64,000 nt of DNA from Octopus sinensis. Its lineage: Eukaryota. Position 1 is the first letter of the stretch, and every line of letters begins with the position of its first letter. The notes beneath the pieces are model-generated. The model ran no database searches and had not been told where the DNA came from. It was given only the letters and a program-made list of their open reading frames with translations. The position numbers and the translations under genes are program-made. The DNA lies in assembly GCF_006345805.1 (NCBI RefSeq), contig NC_043006.1, forward strand, positions 63,674,001 through 63,738,000. The letters are read 5' to 3'. This document shows positions 40,443 to 54,435 of the stretch, piece after piece.

Positions 40443-40501
<59 letters not shown>

Positions 40502-40807
40502 CTGTGTGTGTGTGTATGTGTGTGTGTGTGTGTGTGTACACAGACACATATCAACTGTCAAGCATCATCTCTTACATGCCACTCCATGCTCTCTATTAAA
40601 ATCACTCGAGCACTCACCTCTCTCTCTCTCTCTCTCTCTTTCTTTCACTCTATATTTCTCTATCTTTCCTTCTCTATCATACTGTTTCCTTTTTTTCTTT
40701 TCCATATCACTGTCTGTCTGCATCTTTCTGTCTATCTCTTTCTATCTTGTATCTTTCTTCCCATCTGTCGTCTCTTTTCATTCCTTGCTTAATCTTCTTT
40801 TTTCACT

Positions 40808-40843
<36 letters not shown>

Positions 40844-41806
40844 CTGTCCCTCTCAGTTTTCTCTTCCTTCATCTCTCTCTCTCTTTCTCTACCCTCCACC
40901 TCCTATCCATCCACCCCTATCTGCCACCCCTCTATATATACAAACAAATGATATAGACAACATTTCAACAAAACCAAAATAACCAGACTGAATGTCAGGT
41001 AAATTCCACCCCCACCACCACCCTTGCAGTAGGATGGAGTTTACACGGGAGGGGGGAAGATGTGTTAGTCAGGGGTAGGGTGGGTTGTCTACACGAACAT
41101 TCCAAATCAGCCATTCACCCCCTCCACCACCACCATCACAGCTGCCACTACAAACACCACCACCACCACCACCACCACCAACACAAACACAAACACAACA
41201 CCACCACTACCGCTGCCACCATCGTCATTATCACAGCCACACTACTACGACTGCAACAATTACTACCACCACTACCACCAAAACTATTGCACCACTGTCA
41301 CTGCCACCATAACAACAACAGCCTTCACCACCCATGGCCCCCACCATTGATTCCACCACCATGTTAGATAATACCGCCACCACCACCACAACTCCTACCA
41401 CCACCACCCATGCCACCACCACTGCCACTACCACCATAACAACAGTGTTCACCACCCAATGGTCCCACCATTGATGCCACCACCATGTTAGATAATGCCA
41501 CCATCACCACCCCAACGCCCCCCACACCCAACAACCATCATCACTACTACAACCACCATCACCACCCACCACCACCACCACCACCACAGCTGCCATCATC
41601 TCCCCCACATCACCCCACCCCACCCACCACTAGAGGTGGGGGCAGTTAAATGTTTGACATAAAGATTACAGTGAGTAAACCTTATAAAAACAAACATAGT
41701 AGACAGGTATGTTCAACTGTTTGGATAGTCTGTCTGTGTGTCTGCTTGTTAATATTGACGTTGTTGTGGTTGTTGTTGTTGTTCCTTGTCTTTGGTTCTG
41801 TTTACC

Positions 41807-41855
<49 letters not shown>

Positions 41856-41965
41856 CTATGTAATGTGTAGGTATGTGAGAGGTTTTGTCTGCATGCACTC
41901 ACACACTTGTGTACACACACACACATACATACACACATACACACACACACACTCACACACATAGG

Positions 41966-42190
41966 TATTCTTTTACTCTTTTACTCTTTTACTCGTTTTA
42001 GTCAATTTGACTGTGGCCATGCTGGAGCACAGCCTTCAGTCAAGCAGATCGACCCCAGGACTTATTCTTTGCAAGCCTAGTACGTATTCTATCAGTCTCT
42101 TTTGCCGAACTGCTAAGTTACAGAAACGTAAACACACCAGTATCGGTTGTCAAGTGATGTTGGGGGGAGACACACATAAACATACACACA

Positions 42191-42230
<40 letters not shown>

Positions 42231-42395
42231 ATTATATATATATATATATATATATATAGATATTATACGATGGGCTTATTTCAGTTTCATTTACCAAGTC
42301 CACTCACAAGGCTTTGGTCGGCCCGAGGCTATAGTAGAAGACACTTGCCCAAGGTGACATGCAGTGGGACTGAACCTGAAAACTCACGGTTAGGA
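41966..42395 (-). mobile_element. Family-A SINE
   Basis: Reverse-complement copy about 200 nt from the donor of exon 42591-42630. Confidence 0.75.
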
Positions 42396-42590
42396 AGCAT
42401 ACACACACACACACACACATGCAAACATCACATACACATGAGTATGGGTGTAAATGTCCCAAAAGGTGAACAGCCACAAGGTAATAATAATACCAATAAA
42501 AATACTACCAATAAATAAATAAATAATAAAAATAGTAATAATAATAATAATAATAATCAATATATTTGTAAGGTAAATAAGATGACTCAC

Positions 42591-42630
42591 CTGACATAGA
42601 GACATGGGCACATTCCCAGAGGTTAAAGAT
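42591..42630 (-). CDS. RECK: RECK micro-exon, end of CC1 (40 nt, phase 0-1): IFNLWECAHVSMS
   Basis: Acceptor tttctttgtttcattttag| and donor |gtgagt. The W-x-C motif matches recalled human VEIWNCMNSSLP, and the phase fits the next exon. Confidence 0.85.
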
Positions 42631-44678
42631 CTAAAATGAAACAAAGAAAATATAATAAATAATAAAAAAAAAAACAAAACCAGAATAACAGCAACAACAA
42701 CAACAGCATCAACATAATCATAAAGGGTGACACTATGTGGTCAAGCATCTTGCTAGAAACAGCAGTAAATGTGTGTTGCCATTGTAAATATTGATGAACA
42801 TATTATAGCGCTTTTTATACGGAAATGAAGAAATGAATAAAAAACAGGGTGGTCACATTTTGAATACCTTTTATTTATGTATAAGGCCTGGGGTTGAACG
42901 ACAACAGTAACAACAAGATCAATATCAATGACTACAAGCTGGAGTATGCAGATGGATCCTCCTACTCCTCCTCCTCTTCCCACCACCACCACCACCATTG
43001 TCATAATCGTTGTAATGTCCACTTTTCCATAGCTTCATGGATCAGATCGTATTTACCAAGAGAGATTTTCCATGGCTGGAAGACCTTTCTCTGACCAACT
43101 CTTTCACAAAGTTGGCCTTGATGGAATTTGAACAAAGAACGTAAAGAGCTGGAAGTTTTCCTTATCAAATATTAATAACAATCTTGGTATCCTGCAGTTG
43201 TATGAATTAGGAATTAACTGCCACTAATCTGCTAATATTCCACTGAACAAAGACAGAGCCACTAATCTGAGACAGCATTCCACCCAACCACAAATGGTGT
43301 CAAATGCAATGAACTGATGGCACCAAACATATTTCACTGCAGCTTGTCATCAAACTCCCTGCCAACAACTGGTTTGAGCATAAGGGCCTAAGAATAAAGA
43401 AGAGAACTGGTGTCGTTTCCTTAGCATTAACACCATGTGTCATGAGCTGACTAATAAAAGCTTAACATCCAGAAGCCATCTTGAATTTGTCTCAAATCCA
43501 TTATTCCTCTTCCTGACATCTGATGAGATAGGCCCGTCCTCTGTGCCCAAGAAACTGTGAATCATACAGAACCTAATTAAACCTCCTCCTCCTCCTCCCT
43601 CCTTCTCCCTCATTCTTCTTCCTTCTTTCTTCTACCTTCTTCCTTCTTCGTCTTCTTTGCCTTTGTCTTTCATCTTCGTCTCCTTCTCATTCTTCTCCTT
43701 CTCCTCCTCTTCCTCCTCCTCCTCCTTCATCGTCGTCTTCATCTCCTCCTCCTCCTTCGTCGTCGCCACTACCACAGCCGCTGTCGTCATTTAACATCCA
43801 TCTTCCATGCATGCATGGGTAGGATGGTTTGACAGGAGCTGGCCAGGTAGAAGACAACCCCAGGCCACTGTGTCTGTTTTGGCAGGTGGTGGTGGTGGTG
43901 ATGATGATGATGATGGTGAGGAGGGTGGTGATGATGGTGATGATGATGATGATGATGATGGTGATGATGGTGATGATAGTGGTGATGGCGGTGATAGTGG
44001 CAATGGTAGTGGTGGTGGCGATGGTAGTGGTGGTGGTGGTGATGATGGTGATGATGATGATCATGATGATGTGTAACTCCTACAAAATGTATTGAGTGCT
44101 ACATTCTTCTGTTTGTCCAGTCGCTTGTAGTAGCAAGAGGTAGCAATGATTTAATTATTTCCGCATCAGCTAAATTAATAAGCAAATTTGTTATGCATTT
44201 GTGCTGGGATGATTTTGTAAACATTACAGAATCTGTGGCACTTTCCTCAGACTAATTATCGAGGAAAAACAACAAACAGTGCCAAAAAGCCGAGGTCATA
44301 ACATCTTTGGTCATTGGTCACAGGTTTAGAGACGAAATAATATATTTCGGTAATTAGGTTTCTTATCATTTCCATCATCTCTTTACGAAGAAGACTTTTT
44401 AACGAGAGAGAATCAATCCTAAGAATATTTGAAATTAACGACAAACGTCTGGAATAATTCTGTGAAACGAGACATATGAGGGATGGAGGGGGGTGGTTAA
44501 TTTTGTTTTCTGCCATATTTGTTAAGATAACTGAGAACATTTCCATATCAACACACACAAACCTATATATATTGATATATATGTATACATACATATATAT
44601 ATATGTGTATGTATACGTATATATATATATATATATAATATATATATGTTTATGTATACTATATATAATATATATATC

Positions 44679-44712
<34 letters not shown>

Positions 44713-44859
44713 TGTATGTATGTATGTGTGTATATATGTATGTTGTATACACAACACACATAAATAGATAGAGAGAGAAGAGAGAGAGAGAAAAAGAGAG
44801 ACAGGCAGAGGGATAAAGGGATAGATAGACATATAGATATTCAAAATATATATGTATAC

Positions 44860-44955
<96 letters not shown>

Positions 44956-45013
44956 GCATATATGTGTGTGAGTGTGTATATATATGTGTGTGTGTATATG
45001 TATGTATATATAC

Positions 45014-45046
<33 letters not shown>

Positions 45047-45704
45047 TACATATGTATGTTTGTATACATGCATACATGTATGCATGTGTGATTGTGCATG
45101 TACGAGCATGTGTATGCTTGCATATGTGCATGTGCATGCTTGCATGTGTGCATGTTTGTGTGTGTGTATGCTTTATACAAGGTTGCAGTCAAATGAACTC
45201 TGAACATAATATGCATCAGTCAATCTATCATAGATGTTGCTGATATTTCCTGTAAACCATCGCCCCTCCACCCCCCACCTCACCCATAATGGTATCCTCT
45301 TCGATGAAGAGACTCAAAACCCTGTAGAAGGCACAACTTAATGTTTTAGGCCAAGAAACACCAATAACTAACAAACAAACTTCATTAACTCGTAATACAA
45401 AGATCAAATTTTATCGCTGAAATATGCCTTCCTGAAATCATTGCTAATTACCCATTGATTGATTCATATAATTAGAAGCTGATTAATTATCATACTAGTC
45501 ATCAGTAATCAATATATCAATTCAGGATTGATTCAGTTGTATTTTGTTAAAGTTTCTCAGATATAAACAAGAATTTATCAATATTTATTGAACTCAATGC
45601 AACCAAACTTTTTATTAAACTATTTAAAACTAAGTTTTGTTGGATTTCATTTCTGATATCCTCATCAGGTGTCTGTAATTGAAACATGTAGATCATACAT
45701 AAGC

Positions 45705-46140
45705 ACAGGCATAGCTGTGTGGTTAAGAAGATCATTTTGTTACCATGAGGTTTTGGGTTCATTCCCACTACAAGGCAACTTCACAGGCAAATGTCTTCTA
45801 CTCTAGCCCCAAGGTGACACCTTGGGCAAGTGTCATCTACTATGACCTTGGGCTGACTAAAGCATTGTGGGTAGATTTGATAGATGGAAACTGAAAGAAG
45901 CTTGTTGTATATATATATGTGTGTGTGTGTCTGTGTTTGTCCCCCACCATTACTTGACAACCAATGTTGGTGTGTTTACATCCCCGTAACTTAGCAGTTT
46001 GGCAAAAGAGATTGATAGCATAAATACTAGGCTTTCAACAAATAAGTCCTGGGGTTCATTTCTTCAACTGAAAAACCCCTTTAAGGCAGTATTCCAGCAT
46101 GGCCACAGTCAAATGAGTGAAACAAGTAAAAGAATAAAAG
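45705..46140 (+). mobile_element. Family-A SINE (with a small internal duplication)
   Basis: Head, core and tail recognisable. Confidence 0.7.
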
Positions 46141-46489
46141 TATATATGTATTTTAAAGAGGCCATAGGCCATCAGGTCTTAGGGTCTGCAGATATGCCAG
46201 ACTCAGGATAATCTTATAAGTAGTCTTCACCAGTAATCATAATCATATATATATATATATGTATATATTACATATATATATATATACATATATATAAATA
46301 TATACACACATATATACATACATATATATACACACATTTGATTTGTTATACTAAGGTCGAAGATGGTGCTCCAGCATGGCCACAGTCCAGTGGCTGAAAC
46401 AAGTAAAAGAAGTAAAAAATTGGTAAAAGATACCACATTGGATTCACAGCTGGAACAGAATGGATCCTAGAGGTGGCATCATGATGAAC

Positions 46490-47310
46490 ATCACCATTTT
46501 ACATCCGTTTTCCCTGCTGGCATGGGTTGGACAGTTTGAGAGGACCTGGCAAAGCCAGAAGCTGCACCAGGTTCCGTTGTCTGTTTCAGCATGGTCTCTA
46601 CAGCTGGATGCCAGCCACTTCACAGAGTGTACAGGGTGCTTTTTACATGGCACCAGCACTGAAAAGGTCACCAAGTACCTTGCAAGACAAAACCCCCTTA
46701 ATTGGGAGTCAGGAGTAGTACTGAAGGGGTGAAAATAAAGTGTTCTGTAGAGAAACACAGCAAAATACTCTGTTGTATATTTGAACTCATGACCTTCAAA
46801 TGTTGGGCCTCAAAAAGGCAATGACAGGAGCCGAGACCTCTGAAGATATGATGTGATTGCGAAGACCCAGTAAAGTGAGATCACAGCCAAAGCCTATACC
46901 AGTGTCACATAACCAGCCCATTTAAAAAGTACCTTTGAATCGTCGAGTGACATGCTGTGCTTGAGGAGACCTACTGAGTCAAGTAAAATCAAAAATCAAA
47001 TCACGATCAAAAATGGAAGTTTTAGTTATGGCCAATGCCAGTACCGCCTGACTGGCTCCCCGTGATGGTGACACATAAAAAGCACCATCCGAACATAGCT
47101 GATGCCAGTGCTGCCTGACTGGCTCCAGTGTCAGTGGCATGTAAAAAGCACCCACTACACTCTCAAAGTGGTTGGTGTTAGTGGTTGGCATCCAGCTGTA
47201 GAAACCTTGCCAGATCAGATTGGAGCCTGGTGTGGCCAGATGGCTTCCCAGTTCCCAGTCAAACTGTCCAACCCATGCCAGCACGGAAAGCGGATGTTAA
47301 ACAATGACGA
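46490..47310. mobile_element. Two RTE 3' tail copies: 46490-46730 (-) and 46850-47310 (+)
   Basis: Shared tail motifs in divergent orientation. Confidence 0.7.
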
Positions 47311-47327
47311 CGACGAGGAGGAGAAGG

Positions 47328-47358
<31 letters not shown>

Positions 47359-47457
47359 CCTTCTAGCCTGTGGCTCAGTATCTTATATTTTATCAAGTCA
47401 ATTGGCAGACTTGTGAGCAGACCATAACACCTTGTGATATTTCTCCCTGCCTGCTCT

Positions 47458-47670
47458 TAGGTGGTGAGTGAGTCGGCAGAATTGTTAGCACACCAACCAA
47501 AATGCTTAGCAGCATTTCATCCGTCTTTATGTTCTGAGTTCAAATTCTGCTGAGGTCAACTTTACCTTTCACCCTTTTGGGGGTAAAAAAAAAATAAGTA
47601 CCAGTTGAGCACTGGGGTTGATATAATCAACTTACTCATCTCTGCCAAATTTGCTGGCCAAAATTTGAAA
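47458..47670 (+). mobile_element. Family-B SINE
   Basis: Family-B core motif. Confidence 0.7.
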
Positions 47671-47925
47671 CCAATATTTTTCCAGTTTTTGCATTCTTAA
47701 GTGAACATAATTTTAAAATTACCCCTCCACCACCTGCTCCATCCACAATACTCCACCCCCCCCTCCATCGTGCCTCTGTCCTAAACCACCTTAATCCACG
47801 TCATATCCTACAATCAAATATCTTATATAGGTAGGGAGGCTCTGAAAGGGGTCTTAGGGAGTAGCATCCCTGCCTTCCTGAGCTAGTTTTCCACCACATT
47901 TCTTAAAAATTGTGGTAGAGGCCTT

Positions 47926-48180
47926 AGTCTCGGGATGACTTATGTCTAGAAACTGAAGTTAGGGGTAAGCAAGGGCATGCTCCCTGTTGAAAATCCAGCT
48001 CCAAAAAAGCCTCATGATAGCAAGGGACAATGGGCACCAGCCAGCTCAAAGGTTGGGTTGGGCTGCACCTGCCTACATTGGTTGCTATGGCATTGAGGTA
48101 AATCTGGCCACCCCGGTTAAAGGGGACAAAACCTGGATTTAAAACACAGCTTGATGATGATGATGATGATGATGATGATG
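47926..48180 (+). mobile_element. Probable second RTE-like retroposon tail
   Basis: gtaagcaagggcatgctccctgt...ggggacaaaacctggatttaaaac followed by (GAT)n. Confidence 0.45.
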
Positions 48181-48876
48181 AGGGTGGATTATTAGACTGC
48201 CTAAACCGCAATGCTAGGGATAAACTCTTTGTGGACAAAATACTCTTTTTCCACTTTGGGTTTTAATCAGAGTGATGTTGTCTATGGATTTTGTTCTAAG
48301 ACCATCAACAGGATGTAATGCTTTTAGGCCTCCAGTGGTAAAGAGTCAACCACCATACCATCTTATTCAGCCGTTTCTGATGATTGATTGATTTGACACA
48401 TCATTTCTGGCATGAAACCACTTGGTTGTTATTTAACTATCGTCACACTATAATATAATATTACATGAATAACAACAACAACAACAATAATAATACCTAC
48501 AATATTATCTGACACATGAGTGCTTGTTTCTTTCTTCTGACTCAGGGATTAATGTATGTACATGTATATATATATATATATATTATATATATATATATAT
48601 GTTTATATACATTGTGTGTGTGTGTATGTGGGTAGGTGTCAATGCATGTATACTCACACACACATATTGATATACATACATATGCATATACATCTAAGTA
48701 TTTGCAAATACAGAAAAACTGTCAGAGAGAGAAAGAGAGAGAGAGAGAGAGGAAGTGGCAAAAGTTTGTATCAGATAAAATAGTGACACTATGACAGAGA
48801 AAACAACACACGCACACACACACACACACACACATACATATACATATACTATGTATATATGCATATACATCATATA

Positions 48877-48934
<58 letters not shown>

Positions 48935-49743
48935 CATATATATATATACACACACACACATATATATATTATACACATACATATACATATATACATACGT
49001 ATATATATACATATATACATATATACATATATACATATATACATACATATATACATATATACATACATATACATATATACATATATACATATATATATAT
49101 ACATACATATATATATACATATATATATATACATATATATATATTTATATACATACATATATACATACATATATATATATATATATGTATATATATGCAT
49201 GTATATATATATTTATATATATATACACACACACACACATATGCATGATATATATATGAGTGAAAGTTGTAGGGAGGGAGCTGGGATAAAGAGCAAATGA
49301 TATTAATCCAGCAAAGCTTATCACCATAAATGTTAATAATGAAGTGCTGTGTACATAAATCTAATTGTATCAAGGGAGATAATTGAACAACAGAGGAAGG
49401 CTTCAAGTGGTTTCCTTAGGGAGAATGGTGTGATCGCACAGTGGTTGCGTGTCACATGGGCTGATGGATTGGTTTCCTGTGCACTACAATTATATAGAAA
49501 GTGACGGTGACCATGTGTATATGTGTTTGTAGTGTGTGAGTGTGAGTTGTGTGTGTGTGTGTGTGATTGTGTGCGTGCGTGTGTGTGTGTACACATACAT
49601 ACGAATATATAATTACATATTCATATCTATCCTTATGCATATATACATGCATACATAAATACACACGCACATACATATATATATATATATATATGTTTGC
49701 ATATATATATATAATATACACATATATGCGTGTGTGTATATGT

Positions 49744-49790
<47 letters not shown>

Positions 49791-50464
49791 CTGAGACACG
49801 TAAAAGATAAGATATATATATGCTAGCATAGAAGGTGGACATTAAACGATGATGATGATGATGATGATATATATATATATGTAGATACACATAAATATAT
49901 ACGAAACCATACATTATACACTCAAATACAATCACATATACACATGCACATTCACACACACACTTATACATATATCTATGGATACATATAAAAATATATA
50001 TATGTGTTTGTGAATATATGTGTGTGTGTGTGTGTGTGTGTATGTATTTATGTATGAATGCATGCATGCATGTATGTATGTGTATGTATGTTATACATGT
50101 GTATACACACACATGTATGCAGAGTGAGAGAGAGAGAGAGAAAGGGTGAAAGACATAGAGAGAGAGAGAGAGAGGGTGGGGGTTAGAAATGTGATTATTG
50201 GGTAAAAGTAATGAAGTACTCAACGCCAAAAGAGCAGAGTTTACTGTAGCGTAATAAAATAAAAGTCCCAGCATACAATAATATTCATTTCATGATGTTG
50301 CAACATATTTATGTAATTAATTTTTCAGGTGTTAACTTATTGCCATTCCACTCATTTTACACACACACATGCACACCTACTTACATACCTTCCTACTTAC
50401 CTACTTACTAAATTTATAGATACACATACATACATACATAATGGCTGGAACTTGATTTTCAGTA

Positions 50465-50740
50465 AAGCCATCAATGGATTGTTCTCTTAAACATGATTAC
50501 CACAGATGCTGCTTTCCAGTCTTGCAATGGACTTGCATTCTTTTGCACAGATGCGGCAATGCTGGGCGTCTCTTGCAGCAGGTGTTCAGAGATTTTACTG
50601 CCCCACCCCCACACTCTAACCCATACCTACATTACATTATGGAATTTTTCTCTGAATGTTATGCTAATTTTGGCTGTGGCATGCAATACATAAGAGAGGT
50701 GTTAAAAATCCTGTGATGCCTTTGCTTAAAGCTTTTTAAA
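50465..50740 (-). mobile_element. Degraded LINE RT N-terminal fragment
   Basis: Minus frame ...PLQDWKAASVVIMFKR resembles the LINE IPxDWKxAxIVxIxKKG motif. Confidence 0.55.
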
Positions 50741-51277
50741 GTGAGGAAAGGTCTTGTATTGAGCCACTTCCACTCTGTAAACATCATCATCATCGTTTAA
50801 GATCTGCCTTCCATGTTAGCATGGGTGGGATTGTTTCACAAGAGCCAGCCAGGTAGAAGCCTGCACCAGACTTCAGTGACTGTTTTGGCAGGAGTTTTTT
50901 TCAGTTGGATGCTCTTCCAAACACCAACCTCTCAGCAGAGTAGACTAGGTGCTTTTAAGTGGCAACTGCACCAACAGGGTTACAGTGTATGCATTTGCCC
51001 CAAAAGAAGAACTAGTCTGCATCTCTGGATGCAAACTAAGTCACAGGTCCTCCATCAGAGTTTTCTGTTTCTAAGAGAAATCTTTAATGAAAGACTAGGA
51101 GTCTCTCACTCCCAGCCATTGGGTGGCTGGTGACTCTACCAAGTTCCTCTGTCCTGTGAGAGGTTTTGCTATTCATCCTGCTGGGTGTCCAACCACGAAA
51201 CAGAATTTACAAGGTTACATTTTACCAGTAGTGTTAAGATTGACATGGCATACACATGTATGTATAAACATACATAA

Positions 51278-51317
<40 letters not shown>

Positions 51318-52055
51318 CTGTGTGTATATATCTTTATATATGATGGTTAAATTGTGATGGCAAAGTTTTCAGAAGTAGTAGCTGCCTAGTATAAAATCAC
51401 AGGAGTGAAAACTACTTCAAATCCTGTTGATGGGGCAGAGATAGTCTGGAAATATTGATGAAGATGAATTTGGGAAATTTTGTCTCAAACTAGCTTCAGA
51501 GGTCATATATGGAAAAAAGAAAAACTCTAACAAAACAGATTGAACTGGAACATAGTCGAATGTTTAATATGAGATGGATAAAAGAAAAGCTGCTCCTCAT
51601 TTCTGTCTGTCTGTTCATCTGTCTGTCCATCCATGCATCTGTCGGTATGTATTTGTGCATGTATGTGTGCTTGCATGTATGTGTACATGTATGTATGTAT
51701 GGCATTAGGAAGGGCATCCAGCCATAGAAACCACCTCCTTATCAAACTGTCCAGCCCATGCCAGCATTGTTGAGCAGACATTAAACGATGATGATAATAC
51801 ATATATGTATGTATATATATATATTTTTTTTTTTTTTTTTAACGTCCGCTTTCATGCTAGCATGGGTTATATATATATATAATATTATATATTTCTATAT
51901 ATATACAAGTATACATATGTATACAATATATATATATATAATAAATATAATATATTTATACATATACATATGTAATTATGTACATACATATAACATATGT
52001 AATACATATATATATGTATGTATATACATATACATATATGTGTATAATATATATA

Positions 52056-52093
<38 letters not shown>

Positions 52094-52292
52094 CACTATA
52101 TAAAACGAAAGTGCACGTACGTGTGTATAAGAGAGCATGTATGTGTGTGGAGAGTGCTGGTGACCTTGACATGTGCATGTATGTATAGATGTGTGGATGA
52201 TGGTGTGGGGAAGGGAAGTGGTCAGTGCTAGTGTGTGTGAGGTGGTGTGATGTGATGCAATGTGGTGTTGTGTGGTATATATATACATACAT

Positions 52293-52330
<38 letters not shown>

Positions 52331-52494
52331 TGTGTATATATTCTCTGTTTATTTCCTCATATTCCTTTCTGTTGAAGAGTGTAAGGTTGAAATGTAAAAG
52401 ACTTTCTCACTTTCTCGAGCATCAAACTAATACACCTGATTGTTGTTCATATACCTGTCTTCATCTTTTGTTTTTCTGTAAATTTCAACTATAC

Positions 52495-52925
52495 TCTTTA
52501 CTCTCTTTTTACTCTTTTACTTGTTTCAGTCATTTGACTGTGGCTATGCTGGAGCTCTGCCTTTAGTCGAGCAAATCGACCCTGGGACTTATTCTTTGTA
52601 AGCCCAGTACTTATTCTATCAGTCTCTTTTGCCAAACCGCTAAGTGACAGGGACGTAAACACACCAGCATTGGTTGTCAAGCAATGCTAGGGGGACAAAC
52701 ACAGACACACAAACATATACACACACACACACACATATATATATATAAAAACATATATACGACAGGCTTCTTTCAGTTTCCGTCTACCAAATCCACTCAC
52801 AAGGCATTGGTTGGCCCGGGGCTATAGCAGAAGACACTTGCCAAAGATGCCACGCAGTGGGACTGAACCCGGAACCATGTGGCTGGTAAGCAAGCTACTT
52901 ACCACACAGCCACTCCTGCGCCTAT
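52495..52925 (-). mobile_element. Family-A SINE
   Basis: Full-length reverse-complement copy. Confidence 0.8.
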
Positions 52926-52938
52926 ATATATATATATA

Positions 52939-53311
52939 TCTCTCTCTATATAAACGGCAGTTTGTCTGTGTGTGTTTCTGTGTGTCTGTTTTCTCGTACC
53001 CTCACTCTGACCACGGCTTTCAACCGATTCTGATGAAACTGACACACACACATAGCCCAATGTCATAATTCAAAACTAACGCAGCGAAAATTTTGAAAAG
53101 TTCCCCCAGTTCTGAAAAAAATCGATAAATTCGACATGGGGTCGAGAATCAGAAACCAAACCACAGGGACGCAACTCCACCTTTTTTAACTCTCAAAAAA
53201 AATTTACCATAATTTTTTTTCATTTTTTTGCTATTTTTTGGCTATAACTCTCTAAAATGCTTTAGGTTTATTTCCATTACAAACCTGAGCAACGCCGGGC
53301 GACACTGCTAG
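52939..53311 (+). mobile_element. Non-autonomous Helitron, first of a tandem pair
   Basis: 5' TC..tatataaacggcag and 3' hairpin cctgagcaacgccggg followed by CTAG|T. Confidence 0.8.
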
Positions 53312-53735
53312 TATATATATAAACGGCAGTTTGTCTGTCTGTGTGTCTGTGTGTCTGTCAGGTTGTACCCTCACCCTGACCACGGCTTTCAACCGATTCT
53401 GATGAAACTTGACACACACATAGCCCAATGTCATAATTCAAAACTAACGCAGCGAAAATTTTGAAAAGTTCCTCCAGTTCTGAAAAAATTCGATAAATTC
53501 GACATGGAGTCGAGAATCTAAGCTTTTTAAATGCAACACATTTTCTGTCTAGGGGACACAACTCGACAGCTAGGGACAGCTATGAACATCGTATACACAG
53601 AAGTATTCGAGTGAAGAGAAGACATTGCAACCTACACATGCGCCTTCATTCCCTAGAGGGAAAGGACTAGATTGGGATTAGTCGTTGCCTACTAGGGGCT
53701 CTTACATACCCGGGCAACGCCAGGCTATGCTGCTA

Positions 53736-53736
<1 letters not shown>
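53312..53736 (+). mobile_element. Non-autonomous Helitron, second of a tandem pair
   Basis: Shares about 200 bp of 5' sequence with the first copy, has a different internal part, and ends cccgggcaacgccagg...CTAG|T. Confidence 0.8.
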
Positions 53737-53773
<37 letters not shown>

Positions 53774-54335
53774 TATATATATGTGTGTATATGGGGTGAG
53801 AAAAAGAGAGCTATAAAATAAGAAACACAACAAAAACTCATGAATACAACTGAAGTGATAAAACCCATTAATAACGAACCCCCCTCCTGCACAAAAAATA
53901 CAAATTGCTTTTAATTAGCTTGTCAAATTAGATTGAATTTATAGAGTGGCTTAGTTAAGTAATTTAGCTGTAATTTGTTTGCTATTAAATCATTGTTGTA
54001 CATCTGTGTGTGTGCTTTCTTCTTTGAGTGTTTGTGAATGGGTGGCAAAGCAGTTGTGGTGGGCATAGGCAAACACAAACACACATACACATATGCACAT
54101 ATATACATGAAAACATTATATACCATTTATATATACCCATATATACACATGCATAAATACACATGCATAAATACACACTCATATATGGACATAAAGTTAT
54201 CTATGCATAATACACACACACACACACATCGCTATTTATGTATATATATTTGGACTGGCTTTTCTTTTAGACATGATATATCAAGAACTATCCCAAACAT
54301 TACTTTATTGTAATTTGATACATTTTTTAGGGATT

Positions 54336-54435
54336 NNNNNNNNNNNNNNNNNNNNNNNNNNNNNNNNNNNNNNNNNNNNNNNNNNNNNNNNNNNNNNNNN
54401 NNNNNNNNNNNNNNNNNNNNNNNNNNNNNNNNNNN
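54336..54435. other. Assembly gap (100 N; true size probably unknown)
   Basis: Run of exactly 100 N. Confidence 0.99.

Larger units (their letters stand above)
8619..42630 (-). other. RECK: RECK gene, partial span (4 internal coding exons; introns of 6339, 19514 and 7753 bp)
   Basis: Four exons with GT-AG ends and matching phases (0-1, 1-0, 0-1, 1-1) join into one 135-aa frame. It has RECK CC-domain cysteine spacing: CC-x7-C-x3-C-x12-C-x10-C (CC2) and CC-x9-C-x3-C-x21-C-x9-C (CC3). The comparison with human RECK is from memory. Confidence 0.9.

Noticed and set aside
43324-43387. Minus-strand segment PLCSNQLLAGSLMTSCSEICL behind a strong acceptor, resembling CC1 (C-x3-C)
   Set aside because: It lacks the CC pair, has the wrong start phase and a poor donor (GTGCCA), and no matching next exon was found before 42630.
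50200-50274. MLGLLFYYATVNSALLA, a signal-peptide-like start on the minus strand
   Set aside because: No convincing phase-1 donor and no intervening CC1 exons found; not supportable as RECK exon 1.
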